64,000 nt of DNA from NCBI GenBank assembly GCA_046583355.1, contig JAYGCM010000018.1, forward strand, positions 1,302 to 65,301. The letters are read 5' to 3'. Below are positions 28,197 through 38,312 of this stretch, piece after piece. Numbering within the stretch: position 1 is the first letter of the stretch; each line of letters begins with the position of its first letter. The DNA comes from Deltaproteobacteria bacterium. GTDB taxonomy: Bacteria; Desulfobacterota; Binatia; UBA12015. The notes beneath the pieces were generated by a model that was given only the letters and a program-made list of their open reading frames with translations, was not told where the DNA came from and did no database searches. The translations under genes were made by a program, and so were the position numbers.

Positions 28197-29947
28197 GCCG
28201 GTGCGCTACGCGGGCCGCGCAACAAGCTGCCGGGCAGGGCGCCGGTAGGTTCGCCTTCTTCCATGACGACCTCGCCCGAAACCATTTTCATCACGTAGCC
28301 ATCGGCCTTCTGCAAAAGGCGGCGGGCCCCTGCGGGCAGATCGTAGGCCATCTCGGGCCGGCGCAGCGCGAGGCGGTCGAAGTCGATGAGGTTCAGGTCG
28401 GCCTTGTAGCCTGGCGCCACTACACCGCGATCGTGCAAACCATAATAGCTGGCCGTGCGCTGAGTCGTGATATGCACAGCGCGTTCGATCGGCAGGCGGG
28501 CGCCGCGTTTGCGGTCGCGCGCCCAATGCGTGAGCAGGAAGGTCGGCAATGAGGCGTCGCAGATCAGGCCGCAATGCGCGCCGCCATCGCCAAGGCTGAC
28601 GAGCGAGCGTGGGTGCTCGATCATCTCATAATGCGGGTCCAGGTTATGGTCGGAGTAGTTCAGGAGCGGCAGGAGGAGCAACTCGCGAGCATCGTCGCGC
28701 AGCATGAAATCATAGAGGACTTCGCTGGCTCCGCGGCCTTCGCGCCGGGCGATCGCGGCGACGCTCTGGCTCTCGTCGGGCTCGTAATCGGGCGGATCGC
28801 CCATCGGGAAGAGTTTGGCGCAGATCGACTCGTCGGCGAGCAGGATGTCGAAGCCATTCGGGTCGGCCATCCGCTCGTCGCCGAGCACGCGTGCGCGAAA
28901 GGCCGGGTCGCGCAGGCGCTCGGCGCGCTCGGCCAGTGGCAGGTCGGCGATCTCGACCAGGGCCGGGCGATTCATGAAGGGATTCGCCGCTGTCTGGTGG
29001 CCGGCGAGGAGGCCGAAGGGGCGTACCGCGATCTGCGCGGTGACGTTCGAGCCTTTTTCGGCCGAGCTGCGGCAGCGTTCGAGCAGCTCGCGCCAGAGCT
29101 CGGGGCGTGAGTCGAATTGCAGCATCGCAAAAGATACCGGGCAGCCGATCTCGGCCGAGAGTCGCTCCATCCAATCGATTTCGGCCAGAGCATCATCGGC
29201 GCCGTCGCCGGTCAATTCGCCCGCCGAGCCCGCCCCCGCGACCTCGAAGATGCCGCGCCCGGCGTCCGCCAGGCCGCGTGCGATGCCGAAGAGTTCGTCG
29301 TCCTGTGCGAAGGTGCCCGGCACCGGTTCACCATCGACCGCGCGGTGGCCGAGCGTGCGCGAGGTTGAAAAGCCGAAGGCTCCGACCTCGACACCTTCGC
29401 GCACGATCTGGCGCATGGCCTCGATATCGTCGGCGGTGGCCGGCTCGTTGGCGGCCCCGCGCTCGCCCATCACGTAGGCGCGCACGGCCGCATGCGGGAC
29501 GTGCGTGCCGATATCCATCGCCAATGGCGAGGCTTCGAGCGCGTCCATATATTCGGGGAAGGTCTCCCAATTCCATTGGATGCCTTCGGCGAGGGCGGCG
29601 CCGGGAATATCTTCGACTCCTTCCATCAAGCCAATCAGCCATTCGCGACGCTCGGGTGCGGCCGGTGCGAAGCCGACGCCGCAGTTGCCGAAGATGGTCG
29701 TAGTCACGCCATGCCAGCCGGTGGGCAGAAGGTGGGGATCCCAGGTGGCCTGCGCATCATAATGCGTGTGGATATCGACAAAGCCGGGTGTGACCAGACG
29801 CCCGGCGGCGTCAATTTCGCGCTGCGCTCGCCCGCTGACCTTGCCCACCTCGGTGATCTTGCCGTTGCTGATGGCGATATCGCCGGAGAAGGCCGGCGCG
29901 CCGGTGCCGTCAACAATGCGGGCGTTGCGAATCACTACGTCATGCAT
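28193..29947 (-). CDS. N-acyl-D-amino-acid deacylase (D-aminoacylase, amidohydrolase superfamily)
   Basis: MHDVVIRNARIVDGTG...GFVDIHTHYD, CGVGFAP motifs; 584 aa. Confidence 0.85.
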   Translation of the reverse strand: MHDVVIRNARIVDGTGAPAFSGDIAISNGKITEVGKVSGRAQREIDAAGRLVTPGFVDIHTHYDAQATWDPHLLPTGWHGVTTTIFGNCGVGFAPAAPERREWLIGLMEGVEDIPGAALAEGIQWNWETFPEYMDALEASPLAMDIGTHVPHAAVRAYVMGERGAANEPATADDIEAMRQIVREGVEVGAFGFSTSRTLGHRAVDGEPVPGTFAQDDELFGIARGLADAGRGIFEVAGAGSAGELTGDGADDALAEIDWMERLSAEIGCPVSFAMLQFDSRPELWRELLERCRSSAEKGSNVTAQIAVRPFGLLAGHQTAANPFMNRPALVEIADLPLAERAERLRDPAFRARVLGDERMADPNGFDILLADESICAKLFPMGDPPDYEPDESQSVAAIARREGRGASEVLYDFMLRDDARELLLLPLLNYSDHNLDPHYEMIEHPRSLVSLGDGGAHCGLICDASLPTFLLTHWARDRKRGARLPIERAVHITTQRTASYYGLHDRGVVAPGYKADLNLIDFDRLALRRPEMAYDLPAGARRLLQKADGYVMKMVSGEVVMEEGEPTGALPGSLLRGPRSAPA

Positions 29948-30091
29948 GAGTAGACGGTGTCATGCCTCGGCGCTCCCTGCCAGAGGTGCGGCCGATCGCA
30001 GCGTTGCACCGGGGCGGGGGGATTGGTTCCCTCAGGAGGTCGCGGCGATTTGCTGTGGCGCGTCGGCTGAGACAGCCAAGGAGAGAGCACC

Positions 30092-31231
30092 ATGAGCGGA
30101 CCCCTGAGCGGATTCAAAATCATCGAGATGGCGGGCATCGGCCCTGGACCCTTCTGCGGCATGATGCTCTCGGACCTCGGTGCCGAGATTCTGCGCATCG
30201 ACCGGGCAGACAAGGTGAAACCCGACGCGGTGCCCAATACGGATCTGATGGGCCGGGGCCGCCGAAGTATTGGCGTGAACCTCAAAACACCCGAGGGCGT
30301 CGAGTTGGTGCTGGGCCTCCTGGAGAAAGCCGACGGCCTGATTGAAGGCTATCGGCCCGGCGTGATGGAACGCCTCGGCCTCGGCCCTGATGCCTGCCTC
30401 GCGCGCAACCCGGGTCTGGTCTACGGCCGCATGACGGGCTGGGGGCAGGACGGACCCCTGGCCCAGGCCGCCGGACACGATATCAACTATATCGCGATTG
30501 CCGGTGCTTTGGAGCCAATGGGTCGCAGCGGCGAGGCGCCCCTTCCGCCGCTCAATCTGGTCGGCGATTTCGGCGGCGGCGGTATGTTGCTTGCCTACGG
30601 CATGGTTGCGGGGATGCTTGAGAAAACGCGGTCGGGCAAAGGCCAGGTCATCGACGCGGCCATGGTCGACGGCGCTGCCGCGCTGATGACGATGATCAAC
30701 GGAATGCGGCAGACCGGCTTCTGGAAAGAAGAGCGCGGCGCGAACCTGCTCGATACCGGTGCCTTCTATTACGATGTCTATGAGTGCAGTGATGGGAAAT
30801 TCATCTCGATCGGTGCGATCGAACCGCAATTTTATGCCGAGATGCTTGAGAAGCTGGGCTTGACGCACGACGATTTCCCAGGGCAATTCGAGCGCGAGAA
30901 ATGGCCCGCGGCCAAAGTGAAAATCGCCGCCATCTGGAAGACCAAGACGCGCGCTGCGTGGTGTGAAATCTTCGCCGGCAGCGATGCCTGCTTTGCGCCC
31001 GTGCTCGCGATGTCCGAGGCGCCTGAACATGAGCATATGAAGGCCCGCGGCACCTTCGTCGAGCGCGATGGCATGGTGCAAGCGGCGCCGGCACCGCGTT
31101 TCTCGCGCACGCCGGGCGAAATTCAGGGCCCGCCGGTGAACCCCGGGCAACATACCGACTCGGCGCTTGCCGATTGGGGGCTGTCGGCAGACGAGGTCGC
31201 CAAGCTCAAAGCGAGCAGCGCGATCGCCTAG
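30092..31231 (+). CDS. CoA transferase family III (CaiB/BaiF; alpha-methylacyl-CoA racemase-like)
   Basis: GFKIIEMAGIGPGPFCGMMLSDLGAE, GYRPGVMERLGLGPD, HDINYIA motifs; 379 aa. Confidence 0.85.
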   Translation: MSGPLSGFKIIEMAGIGPGPFCGMMLSDLGAEILRIDRADKVKPDAVPNTDLMGRGRRSIGVNLKTPEGVELVLGLLEKADGLIEGYRPGVMERLGLGPDACLARNPGLVYGRMTGWGQDGPLAQAAGHDINYIAIAGALEPMGRSGEAPLPPLNLVGDFGGGGMLLAYGMVAGMLEKTRSGKGQVIDAAMVDGAAALMTMINGMRQTGFWKEERGANLLDTGAFYYDVYECSDGKFISIGAIEPQFYAEMLEKLGLTHDDFPGQFEREKWPAAKVKIAAIWKTKTRAAWCEIFAGSDACFAPVLAMSEAPEHEHMKARGTFVERDGMVQAAPAPRFSRTPGEIQGPPVNPGQHTDSALADWGLSADEVAKLKASSAIA

Positions 31232-31317
31232 AGGCACGGCCGAAAAGCCGGGCTTTGCACAGAGGCAGGCCTGTTTTTCGGCCGGGGCGTTCGAGGTTCG
31301 GTAGTCGGCCGCCGGCG

Positions 31318-31851
31318 TCAGGAGAGTGGGAACTCGAGAAAGAAGGTGCCGGGGGCCGCGTCGTTGCCCGACTCGCCGCTATAGCCCCGACGGTGGTAGA
31401 GCCGGCGCGCTTGGCGATTGTCTTCACGGACTTCCAGGGTGACTTTGCAGCAACCGCGCTTTTCGGCTTCGCGCTCGGTGCGGCGCAATAGTTCGTTGGC
31501 AACACCGCGGCTGCGAAATTCTCGGCGGACCATCAAGTCATGCACGTTCAGAACCGGCGCGGCATGGAAGGTCGAGAAACTCATCAGGCAGACGGCCATT
31601 CCGGCCGGTTCCTCGCCCAGGTAGGCGAGGAGGACCAAGGCACCGGGTATATCGCGCAATCCGACGATCGCAGCGCGGCGCAGAGCTTCGGGCAGCCCGG
31701 AATCGTCTTCGAGCAATTCGCGTGCGTATTCGTCGAGGAGGCCGCTGAACAAGGCGGCATCCGCGGACGCGTCGAGGTCGGCTACACGGACCGTGCAGGC
31801 GGGGCCGGGCGGGATTTGTGGCGGAAGGTGTCGGAGAGTCTGGCTCATCAA
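31318..31851 (-). CDS. GNAT family N-acetyltransferase
   Basis: Acetyl-CoA binding motif RREFRSRGVANELL; 177 aa. Confidence 0.75.
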   Translation of the reverse strand: MMSQTLRHLPPQIPPGPACTVRVADLDASADAALFSGLLDEYARELLEDDSGLPEALRRAAIVGLRDIPGALVLLAYLGEEPAGMAVCLMSFSTFHAAPVLNVHDLMVRREFRSRGVANELLRRTEREAEKRGCCKVTLEVREDNRQARRLYHRRGYSGESGNDAAPGTFFLEFPLS

Positions 31852-32029
31852 TTCGTTTCAAGCGGGGGCAAGATGGAAAAAGCGGGGCTGCGTCAAAAAT
31901 ACCTTCACCCGAAGGCGATGTCCAACCTGACCAATCGGCCGGCGCATCGGCTGCAGGAGGATTCCGCTTCCAAGAGCTGCCGCGAGTTCGGTGAATTTTC
32001 GACTCGAGCGCGCTAAAAACCAAACTCCA

Positions 32030-32932
32030 ATGGCAGAGCGCATCCCCGTAACGGTTCTCAGCGGTTTTCTCGGCAGCGGCAAAACAACCCTCCTGAACCG
32101 CCTTTTGCATGATGCGCATGGCTATCGCGTGGCCGTCGTGGTCAACGAATTCGGCGAGGTTGGCATCGACGGCGCGCAGGTGGCCGGAGCCGAGCAATTC
32201 GTTGAACTCGATAATGGCTGCCTTTGCTGCACGATCAACGAAGATCTACAGCGCACTTTGCGGGAGTTGCATACACGCGGCGGTTTCGACCACCTTCTGC
32301 TCGAGACGACGGGGTTGGCCGATCCGCTGCCAGTCGGTTGGACCATGAGCAAGGAGGGTCTGGTCGAGAATTATCGTCTCGACGCGCTGATCACAGTGGT
32401 CGATGCACTCAACCTGGAACAGGCTCTCGGCGAGGCGCCCGAGGCCGAGTTGCAGATCGACCGTGCCGATATTCTCATCTTGAACAAGCTGGACCTGGTG
32501 GACGATGCGGGAGCGGCGGCCGAAGCGCGCGTCCGGACGATCAATACGCATGCGCCGATTCTGCCCGCGACGCGGGGCAATATTCCCTGGGAGGTTTTGC
32601 TTGCGGCGTCGCCCGTGGACACGATTCGCAAGGTCGGCGAAGAGAGCCACCATCATCCCTCGCTCGAAACCTGGACCTTCCAGACTCCCGAGCGATTGGA
32701 CGACCAAGCGCTCGAAGATTTTCTCTACGAAATCCTCTCCGGCGTTTATCGCCTCAAAGGAATCGTGCGGACCAATGGCCCGTTTGCGTGGACTTCCGTG
32801 AACGGTGTCGCGGGTCGATTTGAAATGGAAGATTTCGACGGGACTCCGCCTCGCCAGAGCACTCTGGTTTTCATCGGCCGTACCCTCGACCGCGAAGATC
32901 TCGCCCGGCGCTGCGCCGGGCTGCTTGCTTGA
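32030..32932 (+). CDS. CobW/COG0523 family G3E GTPase (putative metallochaperone)
   Basis: Start [23 protein letters not shown] (P-loop), CxCC motif (GCLCCT), short His-rich stretch HHHP. Confidence 0.85.
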   Translation: MAERIPVTVLSGFLGSGKTTLLNRLLHDAHGYRVAVVVNEFGEVGIDGAQVAGAEQFVELDNGCLCCTINEDLQRTLRELHTRGGFDHLLLETTGLADPLPVGWTMSKEGLVENYRLDALITVVDALNLEQALGEAPEAELQIDRADILILNKLDLVDDAGAAAEARVRTINTHAPILPATRGNIPWEVLLAASPVDTIRKVGEESHHHPSLETWTFQTPERLDDQALEDFLYEILSGVYRLKGIVRTNGPFAWTSVNGVAGRFEMEDFDGTPPRQSTLVFIGRTLDREDLARRCAGLLA

Positions 32933-33401
32933 ATTGCAGGCCCTTTGCCCGGCCGCCTCGGTGGGCTTCCGCGTGGCGGAATCGTCGATCGCGCTGCTGG
33001 GCATGGAGGTGCGCGCACCATCGAGCGAAATCCATCTCGCGGGTGGCAGTGCCGACCCATTGCATTTCGAGGTTACCCGCGACGGAGTGATCGAGGCCGA
33101 GATCCGCGATGCGCGCGGTTTGAAGGTTCGTTCGATGCCACTTGGCGCGTACGCATCGGGCTCGCATCTCTTCGACCCAACGACCCTCACCGAAGGAGTC
33201 GGGCTGCCCGACGGTCGCTACCATATTACCTTCCGCTATCAGGGCGGCGAAGCGGGAACGCTTGCCAGCTTCGCCGAGGGCCGTGTGGACGGCATCGAAT
33301 TCGATGAAACTGGCGATTTTCTACTTGTAGGGGGCCATCGAGAGTACGGGGCGCCCGACAGATATGGCAATCGAGGGCAGTGGGTTCTTCGTTCTCACTG
33401 A
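32933..33401 (+). pseudogene. flgD: flgD remnant (C-terminal domain only) of flagellar hook-capping protein
   Basis: Translation (GLPDGRYHITFRYQGG...VDGIEFDETGDFLLVGG) resembles the FlgD C-terminal Ig-like/Tudor region. No N-terminal half is present; the reading frame runs out of the cobW-like gene. Confidence 0.45.
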
Positions 33402-34165
33402 TGGTGACGCGCAACTCTATACCCGTGCCGGCAATTTCCACCTCGATGCGAATAGTCGCCTCGTGAACGGACAGGAATTTGCGGTGCAGGGTTTCGCACT
33501 GGACGCCGCGGGCAACGCGGTAGCAGGCGCGAGCGATATCGATTTCAGCAGCGTCAGCGCCAGTGCAGTCGAGACGACTCGGCTCGATATCTCGAACAAT
33601 CTCTCCGCCGATGCACAGGTAGTGGTTGGTGGATTTGACGGCAGTAGTTTCGCTGCCGCCTACGGCTCGAGCAATTATGCCACGACGACCAGGGTCTTCG
33701 ACTCACTCGGGCGTTCGCATGAGATGACACTCTTTTTCACCAAAACCGGTGCGAATGCCTGGGAGGTCAATGTCGGCGTCAATCGCGAGGATCTTCCGGG
33801 CAGGCAACCCCGCCGGACTCCAGATCATGGGCACGACAGGCGTGACCTTCGATGGGACGGGCGCCCTGACCGCGCCGGCCCCATTGGATATCGCGGTGAC
33901 CTTCGATGGCGCGGCCGCCCAGACCGTAGGGATCAACCTGGGCACGCCAAGCACCACTCCGGGCGACGGCCGAGTCCGGCACAGCCGAGGTGGGAACAGC
34001 GGCGGCCTGGGGAGCATCATTGGCTCCGCGATTGAGCGTGCCAATGTGGAGCTGGCAAAGGAGTTCGTTGACCTCATCTCTTTGCAGCGCAGCTTCCAGG
34101 CGAATGCCCGGGTCATCACAACCAGCGATGGCCTGCTCAATGAGCTGATCAATATCGTTCGTTAG
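33364..34165 (+). pseudogene. flgE: flgE (flagellar hook protein) remnant, N-terminally truncated and frameshifted
   Basis: Frame 1 has MAIEGSGFFVL...YTRAGNFHLD...VQGF and DSLGRSHEMTLFFTKTGANAWEV. After ~33790 the FlgE-like sequence continues in frame 2 (NPAGLQIMGTTG...ANVELAKEFVDLISLQRSFQANARVITTSDGLLNELINIVR). The ~80 N-terminal residues are absent. Confidence 0.7.
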
Positions 34166-36222
34166 GGCGCGATGGCTTCGGCGGGGGCGGGCCATGAGGG
34201 AGGATAGTCGCCCAATGGCTCAGGCCCCTTTCGGCGGCGCAACTCGGCGAAAATACGCCGCGATTGCGCGAGCTGCGCCGGGGAATATTTCAAGCGCAGG
34301 ATCTGAACGCCATCATGGTCGTAGACCAGCTCAAGGCGCGGTTGCCGGGCGAGTTTGCGGGCGTCGACGATCCCGCGTGCCGATCGACTGAAATAATAAT
34401 AACCGACGCCGCGCAGCAGCAGCTGGTTGAGCTTGCGATCAGCGAAACCGGGCTTGCGTTGCAAAGCGAATTGCCTTGCCGCCCGTTGCAGAAAGCGCGG
34501 CGCAAGCGGCGCGAGCATCGGCCCCGGGATCGTTTGGTGGCCGGTGAAGTAGGGGATCCAATAGCCGCCGTCGGTCCCCACGATGAAGTCCGGGAAGAGG
34601 GCATGGCCCGCGATCGCAAAGCGTTCGCGCGGGGCGACATTCTCGCGAATCCAGGCGAATGCTTCGATATCGGCGGTTTCGACGAGATTATGGGCGGCCG
34701 GAATTTCCTCGATCCTTGTGGGCAGCGAGAGCAGCCCGAGGACGAAAGCCGTACCGACGGCCGCCCTCTGCCAGGAGTCCTGGCGTGCCAGCGGCAGCAT
34801 CTCCCCGACGGCCTGGACGCCACAACCGAGCAGGAGAGCCAGCGGAAAATAGAGAAATATCAGAACAGAATTCAACGGTACGATATTCAGAACATGGATG
34901 CCTAAGTAGGGCACAGCGCCGAGCAGAAGGAGTGCGAGCGTCCAGGCCAGAACGATCCGACTCAGACGTTCGCCGCGCAAAAGCGCGATCGCGCCGAAAC
35001 TCAGGCCGGCAAAAATCAGCAGAGGCGAGCCCACCCATTGTGTGAGAGGGAGGGATTCCCATGTCCGGAAATACTCCTCTGCGTTCAGCCCACGCAGGTC
35101 ACCAGTCCCCGACCATGAATTGCCGTCGCTGGCGAGGAACCAATGCCCCCAGACCCAATGCCACAAGCCGCGGCCATAGCGTGGCAGGAGCAGCAGCAGG
35201 GCAGCCAAGCCGCCGCCGAGCACGGGGAGAAGGAGCTTTCTCATCCGTCCACTGCCTCGTGCCGCGGCCATCTCATGGGCGAGCGTGAAGAGCAGGAGAG
35301 GAACAAGAAAAAGCGCCACACGCAGATGCACCAGGGCTACGGCGGCCGAAAGAAGAATGGCGAAAGCGCCGAGGATGGCGGTTGGTGGGCCGGCGGCCGA
35401 CGAGGATGGCCGGTGCAGGCGGCGCAGCCACTCCCAACTGACGACCCAGGCAATCGGCAGAATCGCCTGGCCGGCGACCTGGGTGAAGCGGCCCCACCCG
35501 AGATACGCACTCGGCATGGAATTGATCAGACCGACGCTGAGGGCACCCACCAGGGCAGCCGGCCGTGAGACGTGGCGGTCAAGCACCAGATAAACACCGA
35601 GGGCGGCCAGCGCATTGAGAAGTTGGCCCATCCACACCAGCGCGACAAAACCCTCCACATTGCCGAGCCAGGCCGTAGCGGCGGTGATCGCATAGAGGCC
35701 AAGGTGGTAGCGATCCAGCTCGATGGCCGGGAAGACGGGCATCGTCTGCGGTAAAAGACCGCTGCGCGCCACCTCTTCAGTCAGCATGGCATGGTGCAGG
35801 GAATCGGTAAGGGGAGGCACGGGGAAGAGATCGGCAAGCCAGGCCCGCAGGCCGACGATCAGCGCGAAGGCCAAGAGCGCCAGGGCCTCTCCCGATCCGA
35901 CGCGAAGCGTCGCGGGGCGCCGCCAGAGTTGGGCCAGGACCATCAGCCCCGCCAGGCCGATTAGGACCTGGAAAAAACCGGCCTCCAGCGGCGGCCAGGT
36001 GGGCCAGACGACGCGCAAGACGCCGGCGGCGGCGAAGAGGAGAGGCGGTAGAGCGGCGCCGATTCCGGCGGCCACGAGCCAGCCCTGGAGGCCACGAAAG
36101 CTCCGATCGAGGCCACAGGCGCCCAGCAGGGCACGGCCCGGCAAAAGCAATAGGGCGAGTGCAGCGAGTGCGGCGCAAAGTTCGGCGTGGCTCGAAGGCA
36201 TGGCTGAGGAACCTGGTATCAT
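34162..36222 (-). CDS. large polytopic membrane protein of unknown function (possible GT-C-like)
   Basis: 686 aa; >10 predicted TM helices in the first ~450 aa and a C-terminal soluble domain. No recognisable catalytic motif. Confidence 0.55.
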   Translation of the reverse strand: MIPGSSAMPSSHAELCAALAALALLLLPGRALLGACGLDRSFRGLQGWLVAAGIGAALPPLLFAAAGVLRVVWPTWPPLEAGFFQVLIGLAGLMVLAQLWRRPATLRVGSGEALALLAFALIVGLRAWLADLFPVPPLTDSLHHAMLTEEVARSGLLPQTMPVFPAIELDRYHLGLYAITAATAWLGNVEGFVALVWMGQLLNALAALGVYLVLDRHVSRPAALVGALSVGLINSMPSAYLGWGRFTQVAGQAILPIAWVVSWEWLRRLHRPSSSAAGPPTAILGAFAILLSAAVALVHLRVALFLVPLLLFTLAHEMAAARGSGRMRKLLLPVLGGGLAALLLLLPRYGRGLWHWVWGHWFLASDGNSWSGTGDLRGLNAEEYFRTWESLPLTQWVGSPLLIFAGLSFGAIALLRGERLSRIVLAWTLALLLLGAVPYLGIHVLNIVPLNSVLIFLYFPLALLLGCGVQAVGEMLPLARQDSWQRAAVGTAFVLGLLSLPTRIEEIPAAHNLVETADIEAFAWIRENVAPRERFAIAGHALFPDFIVGTDGGYWIPYFTGHQTIPGPMLAPLAPRFLQRAARQFALQRKPGFADRKLNQLLLRGVGYYYFSRSARGIVDARKLARQPRLELVYDHDGVQILRLKYSPAQLAQSRRIFAELRRRKGPEPLGDYPPSWPAPAEAIAP

Positions 36223-36424
36223 GTCTCGCCTGCAGAGGCCCGACGGTCAGGATTCCCGACCAGGGGGGCGGACTTTCTGACTGTGGCGAAAAGATGATAC
36301 CCGAGAAAAGCGCAGCAAAACCTTGGCGCTTTTACCGCTCGCGGCCGAGAGGAGAGGTTTATCGTCAGGCACGCGAGTTGCACTAAGCCCCAATGTGTCC
36401 GGTTTTCCGGACCGGGAGGATTTG

Positions 36425-37366
36425 ATGGCAGCCGCAGCAGAAGGAACCGAAGATGTCCCAAACGAGAAGAAAAACGCCGCTGGGGGCAAGAGCAAGATTC
36501 TGATGATCGTACTGCCTCTGCTTCTCCTTGTCGGAGGCGGCGGTCGCTACCTCAAGACCACCATCGAGGTTGAGTTCGTCTCCGACACGGCTTCAGATAC
36601 CGAGGAAGCCCGCTCTTACGATATTCTCGGCGAGGAGCGTTCGGCAACCCGACAATTTCCAGGTCTGGATCTGGTGCACGACCGTTTCATCCGCATCATG
36701 CGTCAGGCGCTCGGGACTCTGGTCGGCACGGCGGTCACAATCGAGATCGCCTCGGTAGATGGCCTGCGCTTCGCGGCCCTGCGCAATCGCCTCGAAGCAG
36801 GGGTGCCCGTCTGCCTTTTTCGGATGTCGCCGCTGCGCGGGCAGGCAATCGCAGCCTTCGCTCCCTCCTTGATCTTTCAGATGATTGATCGAATCTTCGG
36901 GGGCTCCGGACGTCCGCCAACCCAATTGGAAGAACGTGAATATTCGCCCCTGTAATTGCGGATCCTCGGCCGCATCCTCGATACCATACTTGCTGAATAT
37001 AGCGCTGCATGGGCGCCGATCGCAGCGCTGCAATGTACGTACTCCCGGACCGAGGTGAATCCGGCGGTGGTCTCGATCGCCGGCCCCGATGACATGGTTC
37101 TGGTGATGGAACTGACCTGTGACCTCGGTTGCGGTGCGGCAAAATTACACCTTGGAATTCCCTACGCGATGCTCGAACCCGTGCGGGTCAAGCTGAATGA
37201 GGCGATGCACCATGGTGGAGGGGCCGATTGCCTTGATCGGCAAACTCGAAGAGAAACAGCCGGCCTCGTGCGGGCGCCCATCGCCGTGAATATGAATACG
37301 CTCGAAGCGTGTCAGTTGGTCCTCGAATACAGCAAGCTGGCGCCCGCCCATCGCGTGATCGGCTAG
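36425..37366 (+). pseudogene. fliM: fliL'-fliM' chimeric remnant with internal in-frame TAA
   Basis: Residues 1-45 look like a FliL N-terminus (K-rich then a TM helix, KSKILMIVLPLLLLVGGGG). The rest is FliM-like (LDLVHDRFIR..., RMSPLRGQAIAAFAPSLIFQMIDRIFGG, LRILGRILDT...AW, GIPYAMLEPVR). A TAA at 36953-36955 interrupts a conserved segment. The FliM C-terminal SpoA domain and fliN are missing. Confidence 0.65.
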
Positions 37367-37392
37367 CCAGTCAGCCTGAGACGGCCTGGAAT

Positions 37393-38295
37393 TCAGGCGG
37401 GGGGAAGGCCGGTCAGGAAGTCGCGGATGACCTCGGCGACGGCCTCGGGTTTTTCGAGGTGGAGGCTATGGGTGGTTCCCGCAATCTCGGCGCCCGTGGC
37501 CGCGGGGAAACGCGCGACCATCTCGGCGTATTCGTTTGCCGGTAATATCGAGGACTCGCCTCCGCGTAAAACCAGAACCGGGATTTTGATCTCGCGGAAG
37601 CGATCGGGAAAATCCGCCAGCATATTGCCGTCAGGATCGCGGGGACCGCGCATGCGCGCCCAATGAAATTTCGACAAAAATCCCCCCTCGTCCGAGGCGC
37701 GAAAACTATGCCCGGCGAGATGCTCAACGACGGCGTCATTCGCCTTATGCGGCAGCGGGTAGGGTTGAAAGCCGCGCGTCGCCACCTCCCAGGAAGGATA
37801 GCGAATCTGCGGCACCCGACGCAGACGATCGCCGGTGCGACGCATGCTCGGTGCCAATGGGTCAAAGGGCATATCGAGGAGGATCAGGGCGCGCAGCGGC
37901 AAGCGTTGGCGCAAGGCGAGCGGCACCGAGAGCACGCCGCCCTGGGAATGGCCGAGGAGGATCCAAGGTGCCGGGTCGACCTGCATGCAGGCGGCCTCGA
38001 TATCTTCGATATCGCGCCGAAACCCATAATTGCCTGGTTCGGTCCAATCGCTCTCTCCGTGTCCGCGCCTATCCAGCGCGAAGGGGCGGGCCACGTCGCG
38101 CAGGCGAGGTGCGAGGAAATCAAAGAAGCGCGAATGTGCCATGCCGCCGTGCAGGCACATCAGCGGCGAGGCATCGACGCGCCCGCGATAATCGGTCAAA
38201 TGAAAGGAGAGATCGTCGATCGTCAGGGATCGCTCCGCAAAGGTCTCGACCACGTCCGCGCCGGCCAAGCCCCCGGCGGTCTTTTCTTCTTTCAT
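37393..38295 (-). CDS. alpha/beta hydrolase fold protein
   Basis: HGGMAHS oxyanion region and nucleophile elbow GHSQGG; 300 aa. Confidence 0.8.
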   Translation of the reverse strand: MKEEKTAGGLAGADVVETFAERSLTIDDLSFHLTDYRGRVDASPLMCLHGGMAHSRFFDFLAPRLRDVARPFALDRRGHGESDWTEPGNYGFRRDIEDIEAACMQVDPAPWILLGHSQGGVLSVPLALRQRLPLRALILLDMPFDPLAPSMRRTGDRLRRVPQIRYPSWEVATRGFQPYPLPHKANDAVVEHLAGHSFRASDEGGFLSKFHWARMRGPRDPDGNMLADFPDRFREIKIPVLVLRGGESSILPANEYAEMVARFPAATGAEIAGTTHSLHLEKPEAVAEVIRDFLTGLPPA

Positions 38296-38312
38296 ATCGG
38301 CCGCGCCGCCGA

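Noticed and set aside
32805-32932. 5' extension of the flgD-like frame ([12 protein letters not shown]...)
   Set aside because: Overlaps the 3' end of the cobW-like gene in another frame with no FlgD similarity. The FlgD-like signal only begins after the cobW stop, so the ATG at 32805 is not taken as a real start.
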